From Octopus sinensis (Eukaryota), in contig NC_042999.1 in the NCBI RefSeq assembly GCF_006345805.1, positions 124,000,001-124,064,000 on the forward strand: 64,000 bases of DNA, in the 5' to 3' direction. Below, in pieces: positions 26,313 to 39,666 of this stretch (positions within the stretch are counted from its first letter, which is position 1; each line of letters begins with the position of its first letter). Below the pieces are notes generated by a model. That model worked only from the letters and a program-made list of their open reading frames with translations. It ran no database searches and had not been told where the DNA came from. The position numbers and the translations under genes are program-made.

Positions 26313-28090
26313 ATCAAGCAATTTCAAAAGATTATTATTACTTGATTTTCAAATTGCTCTTTCGAAATTGCTCAATAATGTACTATATGGCTATAAAATT
26401 TTTGATATTCAGTGATAACATCAGGATGCAATTTGGCCTTGATAAATGTGCAAAAGCTATCTTTATCAAAGAAACATCCAATGTTAATCTTGACCAGCAA
26501 AATGTCATAAAGGAGTTAGTACCAATGGAGAGCTACAAATACCAAGGGGTATCTGAAGGGGATGGAATCAAACATTCAGTGATGAGGGAAAAGATCAGAA
26601 GAGAATGTTATCGCAGGGTAAGGGCAATACTCAAGACAGAGGTGAATGCAAGAAACAGAATTGAAACAATCAATACATTAGCAATACTGGTCATGGCTTA
26701 CAGTTTCAATATTATTAACTGGTCAATTACTGAAATCTGTAATATTGACAGAAGAATACGAAAATTGTTGACAATGCATAGAATGCACCTTCCTAAGGCA
26801 GATTTAGAACAACTTTACCTGTCAGTGGCTCTGGACTTTTACAAGTGGAATTAACAATGAAGATTACTACAAGTGGCCTAGAAATATGCCTGAAAATCTC
26901 TAATGACTGGATGTTAAAACTTGTCTTAAAGCATGAAAACAAGAAAACATCCTACTCAGTAACAAAACAGGCAAAGGAATATCTTAGTGAATTCCAAATA
27001 CAAGAAATCCCAGAATTATACGTACTGGAAACAAGCACAGAAAAAGCTAAGTGTAAGAAAACCCATGCTAAAACTGCTGCCTTAGATATTCTTACTAATA
27101 AATGGCAAGAAAGAGCTAATAATGCCAATGTTGACAAAGCCCTTATCCATCAATAGTTAGTGCCTTCTGGCTTAAAATCGTAGCAGCCCAAGATAAATGC
27201 CTACCTACAAGAAGCTACTAGGACAACATCTTAAAGAATGGCAGTAGCCCAACATGTCGTGTATGTAAGCAACAAAATGAAGCCATTGATCATGTTGTCT
27301 CCATGTGCCATCTTCTTGTGCCTACAGAGTATCTGAACAAGCATGATAGAGCAGCACAGTATATTCACTGGGTAATTTGCAAGACTTGGACCTGCCCATG
27401 ATAAAAAGTAGTGGAGGCACAAACCACTGCCAGCGTTTGAAAATGACCACATCTCTGGAATTTCACCATTCAAACTGACAGAAACACAAATGCAAATAGG
27501 CCAAACATTATATTGAAGGATTTCAGATAAAAATTATGCCTCTTCAACAATATGACTGTCCCAACTGACATAAATGTATGTGTCAAGACCTACCAAAAAC
27601 TGAGCAAGTATAAACATCTTGAAATAGAAATTGGAAATGTGGAACCTCAAGACTAAAACAGTACCTGTTTTCATAGGTGCACTAGGAATGATAGCAAAGG
27701 GGGCTGATTGCTATCTGGGTCAGAAACCAGGAAATCCAAAAATGGAAAAAAATTTTAAAAACAGTGCTCATGGGAACTGCCCATTCCTACATAAAATATT
27801 GACTGTGTAATCCCCAAAATATTTCAAACATTATCAAAATACATTTAAATGTACATAACAACAAACATGTTTTACTATCCTCTTAACATCAGACTATCTT
27901 ATAATCAAATTACTTTTAAAACAAACTTCTAATTTACTTGTGTTTTGACAGACATTCTCTAAAACAGTACTCTGTACAAAACCAAATATATGGCACCCTA
28001 CTCATAACACCAACTTGAACTTCTAACTTGTCTCTTGAGGTCACTGGGTGAGTCTTGAAGTCAACTTGTACAAATACAAAGCAAAAGCCA
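26313..28090 (+). mobile_element. R4/Dong-type non-LTR retrotransposon, 5'-truncated and decayed, next to (TAA)n
   Basis: MQFGLDKCAK, KIRRECYRRVRAILKTEVNARN and MHRMHLPKADLEQLYL are homologous to the 54.8-kb copy. Many stops and frameshifts. Confidence 0.8.
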
Positions 28091-28157
28091 GACATGTGTA
28101 ATAATAATAATTATTGTTATTATTTGGGCCCTTGTGGTTAATATTTGGCCCTTGTGG

Positions 28158-28206
<49 letters not shown>

Positions 28207-28739
28207 GATCATCATTATTTTGTGAGCATATAAAATCCTCCACCAGGCTTCATGAAGCAGAAGAATGTCACCTTCAACTCTGATTATCACTGAATAAATT
28301 CCAAGAACATGGAAGCATTCTCTTTATTTAACATACCACTATCACTTCTTCCTCATCTAAAACCTCTCTTTAAGCTGATAATGCTAGTATAGTTGTTGTT
28401 AGTACTTTTGGTAATCATGTATAAGTGTGTGATATTGTTTTTGTTGTTAATATTTTTGTCTATGCCATGTGCATTTTTAGATGTTTGCATTTGTAAAATT
28501 ATCTGCATGTTCAATTGTCATGATTTTGTTTATATTTTTATCAAATTTTCTTTGTTTTCGTTTAAATTCAATTTCATTTATTTGAAAATTATTTCGTTTT
28601 TGATCACAAAAATCAATTGCTAATTCCTTTGTTATTAGCACCTTATCCCATTCCTCTAATAGAGGAAGCCATATTAAATTAAATGTAAACACAAGATAAA
28701 ATGCTTCGGCAAAAATAAAATAATGTCTAAAAGACAAAC

Positions 28740-28847
28740 CTCTTGCTTATGCCAAGTATTGAGGTAGAAGACCACATGTTCCAAACTATTCTCTTTCCAA
28801 AATAATCCAGAATAGAAAATGTCCAGTAAGTAAAAGCTTGTGATTAT
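28740..28847 (-). CDS. Candidate isolated 108-nt exon (IITSFYLLDIFYSGLFWKENSLEHVVFYLNTWHKQE)
   Basis: atacag| acceptor, GAG|gtttgt donor, open phase 0-0. No homology recognised; could be chance or part of a decayed ORF. Confidence 0.25.
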
Positions 28848-31249
28848 CTGTATTTCTAGAAGTAATCTCAACCACAAACACAACCGTTCACCCTCAAAAT
28901 CAAGAACAAGAGCAATAATTATTTCTGACATATGCACAAGGTCTGAAATTTGTGGGAGAGTCAATTAAATAAATTGATTTAAGAGTTTAACTAATATTTC
29001 TTTTTACTAACCCTAGAAGGATGAAAAGCAATGTTGAACCTGGTTGGATTTGAACTCAGAACATAAAGAACCAGAACAAATACCATAAATTCCACTGCTC
29101 TAAATATTCTGTCATTCTTTCTTTATTTGACACATTGCTGTCAGAGCTCATTCATTTCTAAAATAAAATATTATATAAAGGGTTTATAGGACATGTGGGT
29201 AAGCACAAACATGTATGTGGAAAAATTGTCATGCAATATATAAGGATAGATGAAAAGTCAAGATTAACAAGCAAATAAATAAATATAAAAGACAGCAAAA
29301 ACAGACAGACAAGCATACAAACAAACAAATGAAATGAATAAAAACAAGGACAATCTGCCCATATATGTGGGAGAGCAACCCACAACTCTGATTACCTTCC
29401 ACTCATAATTCAGAAAATTTCTACCAGCAGTTTTGGTTTTGGACAGAACGAGAATTTTCCTGTATCCCCTAGATTCTCACATTTTAGCTGTTGATATACA
29501 ATTAATGGGGTTTACCAATAGTCTGTTCTTGAAATTTTTATTAAGTCAGATGCTATTCACTTAGGACATCCATCAGTTCCTCATTTGCTACTCAAAGAAC
29601 TGTGAATGCCATTAATTTCCAGAGGAAGATAGACTCTTCCTTGTATACTCTTTACTCTTTTACTCTTTTACTTGTTTCAGTCATTTGACTGCGGCCATGC
29701 TGGAGCACCGCCTGTATGTCTAAACATTGATTTGCATTCTCCAGAATCTATTTGCCCAATATCAACATATGACATTGAGGGTGTAATGGGGAGAGGAAAT
29801 CTCAAATTCCTAGACATCAGCTTCTGAGATTGAGAATGAAGTGATTTTTTAATGCACTCTTTGAAGTTAGAAACAGCAACTTCTGAGGCCTGTTGTTGGT
29901 TTTTGCTTCAACTGCTACAGACAGCTTTTTAGTTGTCCTCTCTGCTGAATTGAAATCCTTCATATGGTTCTAATTCCCACACATAGAGGAACTGGACTTT
30001 CTACCCAGCACCATAAGTGTGAGTGTTTTCAGTTTTTTGGAATAGCATTCTGGTTTGGGGAGTTATCTAGACTTATATGCCCTTACATAAACCAACCAAA
30101 CATTTTATGCTAGCACTACACTGACTCCCAGCCCATATTGTGCCTAAATAGCAAGAATGAACCAAGAGCAAATATCACTACTAATGTTCTGGGTGTAGAC
30201 CCTTGTACTCTGGCTCCATAATTATTGTGGAGCCAGCTTTGAATAGGCATGATGCACATCAACCCTGTGTCTTCTTGCCTCTTCGTCAGTCTTAAAGACC
30301 ATATATACTCTTTCATATACAATTTTCTAGTCAATAAAACACACCATTCCACACACCTGCATGGCTGATGCAATATGAATTACAACAATAATAACAATCA
30401 TTCAATTATTTTCAGTTTAACACCAATGATTGCATCTCTTGTATATGGAGAAAAGTCCTTTGCTAAGCATTAGCAATGTTAAATATAACAGCATCATTTT
30501 CAAAGTATTAAGAGTTAAACCAATCTAAAAATGAAACCAATGTCAGGTTATTAAACATTGGCTTACAAGTAGTTCTGAAATACCTTGTAATTTCCTTTTG
30601 ATAGTTCTGTCGAGCATTTTCCCAGCAAATTTAAATCATCAATACCTAAGGCTATCATTAAATAAGATAAATGCCCTTTGAAATAATCATTTCGCATTTT
30701 TAGTGCTATTTATTTTTATAGATTTATTAATAATTTTAAACTTCTATGAAAAAAATTTGGAAAAATGTTGAGTTGTCAATTCATTTTTATTTAGCATTAA
30801 TTTTGGAAATTGTGATGAATTGAATTATTCAATATTATCTGGTGACGATTGTAATTAAACTACAAGAATATTAACACAGCCTACTCAAGACTTATATCAA
30901 ACATTTTTATTCAGACAGAAGACTATATTTAGAACTACATTATTCAATGAAAACTTGCTTCTTTTTTTATGACTGTGGGGATATGATTTAAGGGAAATTT
31001 GGTTGCTATTTCTGGTAGAACAACGGGTGAGTGTGAATATCACTGTTATTATTGGTTGTTTAACCCCAGGCCAGCCCTGATATTGTTGACTTATAAGGAA
31101 ATGTATTACTGCTAGCTGCAACTATGCTATCTCATTTTTCTGACACCCATCAAAGATAATATTGTATCCTTTTTAAAAATGATATGAGAGATTTGGCTGC
31201 TGTTGCATGTGACAATATAGAAGATAAGTTAGAACATTATAATACAGTT

Positions 31250-32230
31250 AAGCTTTATTTTTTGACTGTAGCCATGCTGGGGCAGCACCTTGAAGGATTT
31301 TAGTTGAACAAATTGCCCTCTGGACTTTTTTTTTTGAAGCCTAGTAATTTTGCCAAACTGCTAAGTTATAGGGACATAAACACATCAACACTGGTTCTCA
31401 AGCAGTGTGAGGGGACAAACACAGACACAAAGACACACACACATAGATATATACACACATATATGATATATTTATATACAAAGACACACACACAAATAAA
31501 CAGGCATATGACAGCCTTCTTTCAGTTTCTGTCCACCAAATCTACTCAGAAGGCTTTGGCTGGCCTCAGGCTATAGCATAAGACAGTTACCCAAGATGCC
31601 ACACAGTGGGACTGAACCTGAAACCATGTGACTGGGAAACAAACTGCTTACCATACAGCCACTAAGCCTCATTGTTTAAATGACAGTATGTTAGGTTTCT
31701 TTAAAGTTGCAAGCTAGCAGAAACGTTAGCATGCTGGGCAAAATGCTTAGTCGTATTTCATCTGTGAGTTCAAATTCTGCCGGGGTTGGCTTTGCCTTTG
31801 AGAAATGAAGTAAACGTAGCTGCCTTTTATCTTTTATGATTTATCTGGTTCAGGCATTAGACTGTGGCCATACTGGGGCACCACTGAAGTTTTAGTTGAA
31901 GAAATCAACCCCAGTACTTTTTTTTAAGCATGGTACTTATTCTATCAGTCTCTTCACCAAACCACTAATTTATGGGGACATAAACACACCATTACCGGTT
32001 GTCAAGTGGTGGGGACAAACAGAGACACAAAAACGTATCCATACACACACACACACACACATTTGTCTTTATATATGTGTATATATGCTGGGCTTCTTTC
32101 GGTTTCAATCTATCAAAACTACTCGCAAGGATTTGGTCAGCCAAAGGCTACAGTAGAAGACACTTGCCTAAGGTGACATGCAGTGGGACTGAACCCATAA
32201 CCATGTGGTTGAGAAGCAAGCTTCTTAGCA
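31250..32230 (-). mobile_element. Two family A SINEs (minus) flanking a family B head
   Basis: Reverse-complement matches to the 3638 copy at about 31250-31660 and 31840-32230. Confidence 0.75.
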
Positions 32231-32670
32231 CTCTAAATATATTCACTTGTTATCATGAAACAGGTAAATTGTAAGTCAACAATGGAGTTTCTACATGGTT
32301 GTACATCCTGCTAGAAATATCAGCTAAATCTCATCTCTTTCGATCACACCCTACTGTCTGAGAAAAGAAGACATCGGATAACTCAAACTTGGTTTCTCTG
32401 TGTATAGGATTGTTACACAAGAATAAATTTTGATCATAGGTCATCATGGTCCATAATGATTTGGGTCTTAGGTAAACTGAGCAAGAGAAGCCCAATTATA
32501 GTAATCTGTGGCAGCTTTGGAACATCTACTTGGAAATAATTAATAATCACATTGGAAAGGTTTAGCACTCACTATATACATGCATAGGATTAAACAAATA
32601 TATATGTGTGTGTGTGTGTGTATTTATATATGCAAATGCATACATACACACACACATATATAAATGTATG

Positions 32671-32679
<9 letters not shown>

Positions 32680-32701
<22 letters not shown>

Positions 32702-33002
32702 CAAGTGATGCATATATACACACGTATATATATATATTTACTTACATACACATATACATATATATATGCACATATACTAACACATATATGTGTGTGTGAG
32801 TCTATATATATTCGTCATGATAGATTGGTAGCCACTACACATTCTTTATTTTCTCTTCTTGTTTCTGTCTGTGTTCCTTCTGTGGAAGAGCGTCGGCTCA
32901 AAACGTTAAAGACTTTTTTTCACTTCCTGGGTGTCATACTAATATATCTGCTTGTTGTCTACACCACCTGTCTTCATCTTTTGTTTTTCTGTGAATTGTC
33001 CC

Positions 33003-33049
<47 letters not shown>

Positions 33050-33350
33050 CAAGTGATGCATATATACACACGTATATATATATATTTACTTACATACACA
33101 TATACATATATATATGCACATATACTAACACATATATGTGTGTGTGAGTCTATATATATTCGTCATGATAGATTGGTAGCCACTACACATTCTTTATTTT
33201 CTCTTCTTGTTTCTGTCTGTGTTCCTTTCTGTGGAAGAGCGTCGGCTCAAAACGTTAAAGACTTTTTTTCACTTCCTGGGTGTCATACTAATATATCTGC
33301 TTGTTGTCTACACCACCTGTCTTCATCTTTTGTTTTTCTGTGAATTGTCC

Positions 33351-33355
<5 letters not shown>
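32680..33355 (+). repeat. Tandem duplication (period 348 bp) containing a PLE 3' end with a degenerate hammerhead motif
   Basis: TCAAGTGATG at 32701 and 33049. Each unit holds CTGTGGAAGAGCGTCGGCTCAAAACGTTAAAGAC, homologous to 35058-35091. Confidence 0.9.
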
Positions 33356-33390
<35 letters not shown>

Positions 33391-33429
33391 AAACAAAATA
33401 TTATGAGAATTTAAGCTCCCCAAAGGTCA

Positions 33430-33950
33430 ATCACAAAAAAGATAGATGGCATGTCAGACCTTGACTACTGGGGTAGACTAGAGAAGCTGAAATTGTATTC
33501 ACTCCAACGACGCCGTGAACGCTACATTATCTGTATGATGTGGAAAATATTCCATCAGCACTGTCCGAATGATGTTGGCATCACCTTCAAAATGCATCCA
33601 AGACTTGGACCACGTGCCATCCGTCCACAACAAAAATCTAAATCGCATCACATAACGACAATACGGCACAACTATTTCACCTCAATTGGACCCGCTCTCT
33701 TCAACATTACACCAGGACACGTCAAAAAAGAAACTGACCACACAAAATTCAAGAAGTCTTTGGACAAATTCCTTCAAACAGTACCGGACAAACCACCCAC
33801 ACCCGGATATGTCTCCGCAAACAATAACTCTCTGCTCGAATGGGCCTTGGTGCCCAAATCCTGAACTGAAAGACTTCGCCAGGTGGTGCTATTAAGTTAG
33901 ACATGGCCTGGGCCAATACTGGCCAAAAACCTTTCTAAGTTTATTTAAGT
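33430..33950 (+). mobile_element. CR1/L2-like LINE 3' end
   Basis: LDYWGRLEKLKLYSLQRRRERYIICMMWKI and FKKSLDKFL resemble the post-RT C-terminus of CR1/L2-group LINEs. Short 3' UTR runs into (TA)n. Confidence 0.7.
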
Positions 33951-33982
<32 letters not shown>

Positions 33983-35190
33983 CACCGGTCTCACGCCATT
34001 TCCGCTCCACCGGTCACTCCTTGCAACACCTATCTGTGTTCGGTTTGTCCTTACACAGAGGCCATCCGGATTCCCGTTTGCGCCGTGAACAGGAATTAAT
34101 CTTCTCTCTTCGCTCTTATACGCCATTTGGTCTCAACTCTCCCCCCCCTCCTCATCTAACCCCCCTCTCCCCCCCCTCCTCACCTATCCTTTCTCCCCCC
34201 GACCCCTACTTCTTCAGTCCTTCATCCTTTCACCCCTACTCCCCTTCCCCTTCCCTCTTTCTCCTCCCTCTTCCCCTTCCCTCTGCTCCCTCACTCCCTC
34301 TCTCCCCTTCTCTCTCTCCCCCTCTCCCTCTTTCCTCTCCTTCATCCCCCTCCTCACCTTCCTTCTCCCCCATCGTCTCCTCTTCCCCCTTCTCCTCCCC
34401 CTCTTCTTCTTCCCCCCCTTCTCTCCCCCCTCTTCTCCCCCTCCCCCTCTTCTCCTCCTTCCCCTCTTTTCCTCCCCCCTCCCCCTCTTCTCCTCACTAC
34501 ACCACATGACTTTACACATCACATCACATATGATGTGCCATACTAATACCACACCAACTATACATACGAATACGTACTAATACATACTAGTACATACTAA
34601 TACTTACACCAACCCTATACATACACACGTCCAGACCCCGCATACGCACTTATACTCTCTCTCACACACACACACACACCTATACATACCAATACGTACT
34701 AATACATACTAATACATACTAATACATACACCAACCCCATACATACGCACGTCCAGACCAATCTTACGCACTAATACTCTCTCATACACACCCCACCACA
34801 CACACACACACACACACACCCGTATACATACTAATACATACACCAACCCTATACATACACACATCCAGACCCCTCCCACGCACTTTTAGCTGGTCACTCA
34901 ACCCTTTTATCAACCCTATTATCTCCCCTTATTTCGCTCTCGCGTCTCATGTTTGATCTTTGACCTCTGGCGAATAGATCGCCATGTTGATTCGTTAGCT
35001 ACTGCACGCATTTTTTTTTCTCCTTCTTTCTGTGTTTTTCTCTCTCTGTGTATCTTTCTGTTGAAGAGCGTAGGCTCGAAACGTTAAAGACTTGTTTTAT
35101 TTATATTTCCTGAGCGCCATACTAATACAATTGTTCGTTTGTCTTCCACCTGCCTTCGTCTTTTGTTTATTTTCATAAAGCTTCCCGTTA
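33983..35190 (+). mobile_element. Penelope-like element, 5'-truncated: GIY-YIG C-terminus plus pseudo-LTR region
   Basis: TPVSRHFRSTGHSL...RREQELIFSLRSYTPFGLNS matches the PLE endonuclease end (PVxxHF...E..LI..L....P.GLN). Followed by CT-rich and CA-rich tracts and a hammerhead-like motif; (TA)n on both sides. Confidence 0.85.
35053..35090 (+). ncRNA. Minimal type I hammerhead-like fold with A6U core (CUGUUGA)
   Basis: Stem I TCTTT/AAAGA, core CTGTTGA, extra A, stem II GAGC gtag GCTC, GAA, palindromic stem III ACGT, H17 = T35085. Confidence 0.55.
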
Positions 35191-35206
35191 TATATATATA
35201 TATATA

Positions 35207-36797
35207 TTGCTGTGGGCACAACAAACACCATCCGATCGTGGCCGTTCGCCAGCCTCATCTGGCACATAAAGACACCATCCGAAGACCCGGCGACGTAGTC
35301 AGTCCACCTGTGCATACCTTCCCTCTTATGACACTTGTGAAGACCTGTTGAGGCAAGTGTGTGACACTTGTGAAGACCTGTTGAGGCAAGTGAAAATCAA
35401 AAATCAAAAAAAAATCAAAAATCAAAAATCAAAAATCAAACCAAATCAAAATAGATGAATATCAATGGAATTTGTATCTTTGTGGTTCCAGTACCGGTGG
35501 CACACAAGAAAACCATCCGAAGTGGCCGTAGCTGGTACCGCATCGACTGGCCTCCGTGCTGTGGGCACAACAAACACCATCTGATCGTGGCCGTTCGCCA
35601 GCCTCACCTGGCACCTGTGTCGGTGGCACATAAAAACACCATCCAAAGACCCGGCGACGTAGTCAGTCCACCTGTGCATACCTTCCCTCTTATGACACTT
35701 GTGAAGACCTGTGAGGCAGAGGCAAGTGTGTGACACACTTTGTGAAGACCTGTTGAGGCAGAGGCAAGTGTGTGACACTTGTGGAGACCTGTTGAGGCAA
35801 GTGTGGTGACACGCGTGACACTTGTGAAGACCTGTTGAGGCAATGAAAATCAAATCAAACCAAATCAAAATAGAGAACATCAATGAATTGTATCTTTGTG
35901 GTTCCAGTACCGGTGGCACACAGGACACGCGTGACACTTGTGAAGACCTGTTGAGGCAAGTGAAAATCAAACCAAATCAAAATAGATGAACATCAATGGA
36001 ATTTGTATCTTTGTGGTTCCAGTACCGGTGGCACACAAGAAAACCATCCGATCGTGGCCGTTCGCCAGCCACATCTGGCACCTGTGTCGGTGGCACATAA
36101 AAGACACCATCCGAAGACCCGGCGACGTAGACAGTCCACCTGTGCATACCTTCCTTCTTGTGACACTTGTGAAGACTTTGAGGCAAGTGACACTTGTGAA
36201 GACCTGTTGAGCAAGTGAAAATCAAATCAAATCAAAACAAATCAAAATAGATGAGCATAAATGGAATTTGTATCTTTGTGGTACCAGTGCCGGTGGCACA
36301 CAAGAAAATCATCCGAACGTGGCCGTAGCCAGTACCGCATAGACTGGCCTCCGTGCTTTGGGGACGTAACAAACACCATCCGATCGTGGCCGTCCGCCAG
36401 CCTCACTGGCACCTGTGTCGGTGGCACATAAAAACACCATCCGAGCGTGGCCGTCTGCCACCTCGTCTGGCACCTGCCAGCCTCATCTGGCACCTGTGTC
36501 GGTGGCACATAAAAACACCATCCGAGCGTGGCCGTCCCCAGCCTCGTCTGGCACCTGTGTCGGTGGCACATAAAACACCATCCGAGCGTGGCCGTTCGCC
36601 AGCCTCGTCTGGCACCTGTGTCGGTGGCACATAAAATCACCACTACACACTCTCGGAGTGTTGGCGTTAGGAAGGGCATCCAGCTGTAGAAACACTGCAG
36701 ATCTGACTGGCCTGGTGCAGCCTTCGGGCTCCCCAGACCCCAGTTGAACCGTCCAACCATGCTAGCATGGAAAACGGACGCTAAATGATGATGATGA
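35207..36797 (+). mobile_element. Reiterated, rearranged RTE 3' UTR array ending in a normal (GAT)n tail
   Basis: Modules GTGACACTTGTGAAGACCTGTTGAGGCAAG, (AAATC)n, ATAGATGAACATCAATGG and CACCATCCGA..GTGGCCG..GCCAGCCTC..CTGGCACCTGTGTCGGTGGCAC recur several times. Confidence 0.8.
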
Positions 36798-36812
36798 TTA
36801 TATATATATATA

Positions 36813-36855
<43 letters not shown>

Positions 36856-37604
36856 ATATATATATGTATATATAATATATATTATATATATATTATGCAC
36901 ACACATAATTGCATACATATACATTTGTACACACACACACATACATGCACAAACACACACACACACACAAACATACATACACACAAACATACATACATAC
37001 ACACACACACAAACATACATACACACAAACATACATACATGCACACACACATGCACACACATACGTACATACATACATGCTTGACTTACTGATTGTTAAT
37101 ATGGTTAAGGTTGATTAGCAGAACTGGTACATCTTTAGTAGATAAAATGTCTGTATGTCAGTCTAGTACTGGGGTTGATCTAATATTAGATTATTGGTTA
37201 TCAATTTTCTATGCTGTTGATTTCATCTCGCTTCTGAAAAAGTTTCTCATTGACTCGTTTGTTCTTCAGTGTGGAATAGGAAAGCGAGAAACAATGCTAC
37301 TAAGATAAACACAAAACCATTGATTTCTGATATCTACATATGTAACATGAAAAAGAAAAAAAAATGCAATTTTGAAATTTAAAATATAAAAGTTATAAAA
37401 TGTGTGAAATTTATGCAGTTATATCATCATGTACCACTGTGATGCACAGTTTCAAAATGTTGAGTAACAGCACAAAATCAGCAATTTTGATATATGTTGC
37501 TGGCTCTATATTGCATCCTGAAGACAGCTTGCGAAAACAGTTCTTATGTCTTAGATCAAATAGGTAATCCTAGGTTGCTAAACACTGCACACAGTGGTCA
37601 CTAA

Positions 37605-38690
37605 TACACACCTTCTCCTTGACTTATAACCTATGTAGCTTATGACCATCCATACTTATGACCACAAGAAGTAAATAAATAAAAAATGCATAAATAAAAA
37701 AAAAATTTTTAAATCAATTTTCGGATATTGGGCAGCTGCATGTACTATAATTATGGCAGCATCTGACAACGCAGGCCTCCCTCAGACCCAAGCGTCCACT
37801 GCTTGGGTCTGAGGGAGGCAATGGACTCTAATGTAGAATGCTTTGCAAAAGTTCAACATATCATTCAAGATGCTGTGTGTTATAAGAGATATTACTCTTT
37901 ACTCTTTTACTTGTTTCAGCCATTTGACTGTGGCCATGCTGGAGCATCACCTTTAGTCAAGCAAACTGACCCCAGCACATATTCTTTGTAAGACTAGTAC
38001 TTATTCTATCGGTCTCTTTTGCTGAACTGCTAAGTTATGGGGACATAAACACACCAGCATCGGCTATCAAGTGATGTTGGGGGGACAAACACAGACACAC
38101 AAACGTATACACACACACATACATATAAATATATATACATATATACAATGGGCTTCTTTCAGTTTCCATCTACCAAATCCACTCACAAGGCTTTGGTCGG
38201 TCCGAGGCTATAGTAGAAAACACTTGCCCAAGGTGCCATGCAGTGGGACTGAATCCAGGACCATGTGGTTCATAAGCAAGATACTTTCCACACAGCCACT
38301 CCTATGCCTGAAAAAAATCAAAAAACTATTTAAAGTTCACCATGTTCCTCAAAAAACCATCTACCTCAACCCATGGACATGACTGTGAAGACTAAAATTT
38401 TATTTTTAATTGCACTTTTTTTCCCAGGAACAACTTTTTTATTGTATGTATGCAGAATTTTATTTGCATTAATTTTTACATTAATTTTAGATTGAATTTT
38501 TTTACAGTACAATAGAGTATATATATTTCACATTATGTACAATAATTATGGATTGAATTTTTGTGTTTTATATTTTTATAACCCATTTGAATGAAAATAG
38601 TGTTGAAAAATATAAATCCAACATACGATCAAATCAACTTATGACCTCTCAGTCAGAACATAACTTGGTCATAAGTCAAGGTGGTGTACT
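37605..38690. mobile_element. Possible pogo/Tigger-like non-autonomous remnant interrupted by a family A SINE (about 37880-38305, minus)
   Basis: Imperfect inverted ends TACACACCTTCTCCTTGACTTATAACC / GGTCATAAGTCAAGGTGGTGTA and internal CTTATGACC repeats. The SINE is clear, the host element less so. Confidence 0.4.
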
Positions 38691-39147
38691 TTTGCCATAA
38701 TTACAGCCAGTTATTTAATAATATTGTGCTAACATCATGTTTGGTACTGTTTGTACTATTTGAAGCAAGTATTAATATGGGTGACCACATTGGCAGTAAG
38801 GTAACGGTGTAAAACAGTGGATGGACAACTTATATCCCTCCTGTTGAGATACTGCAATGAAGCAAGTTCTTGTGATGAGTTCTTGTCAAAGCAATCATCA
38901 AGAGTCATTCAACCAACCTCACAGAGAAAGGGAGAAGATATCATAATGGAGCAATCAAAATTTCTAATCTGAATAAACTCCAGTCAAAAATTGGGATAGA
39001 GTTTTTGCCATAATGAAATAGATTAGGAAAATATTCAGAAACTCAGTATATTATTTATTTGAGGAAAACTGAGAAATTGTTTATGGTTTAATCTCCTTTT
39101 ATAAGTGTTGAGGTGTTGGATATATTTACAGTCCCTAGTTTATTTAA

Positions 39148-39369
39148 CCCTATAGCATTTAAGCTAGCCATATCTGGTCCAAATGTTCTACCTGTTTTAT
39201 GTGCCAACTGGCCAGATGTAACCTCTCACACTTACCCAACAATGTCATACTAAAAATAAACAATCACATCATCAAAATCTCAAAGCTATGAGATAATGTA
39301 TGATTAATTCAAACTTTATTTATGAATAAGTAAGATCTACATTTGACAGAGTAATCTGAATGCAAAGGG
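39148..39369. mobile_element. piggyBac-like MITE
   Basis: TTAA|CCCTATAGCATT ... AATGCAAAGGG|TTTG: short imperfect TIRs, TTAA on the left side only. Confidence 0.5.
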
Positions 39370-39666
39370 TTTGTGTCTAAAAGGGGTAGTTTATTTCAGA
39401 AAGAAACAAGTAGAACTATAGAAAGAGTGTGTGTGTGGGGGGGGGTATGCATATATGTGTGATTGGTGAGTATCTTAATGGTTCCATATAAAATTACTCT
39501 TTGGGTAAACCTGTTGCTTCACTATTTGCATGATGTATCCTTACAAAATACAGCCAAGAGTGTTGAATTCACTTATGTTGCCTTCTTAGGCAACTTTAGA
39601 TCAATTTTCATGACATGTAGGCCATGTACTTTAGATAATATGAACACGTAACTACTTTATACATAC

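Noticed and set aside
36375-36640. Regularly spaced repeats resembling a CRISPR array
   Set aside because: No unique spacers, part of an RTE 3' UTR, eukaryotic context, no cas genes.
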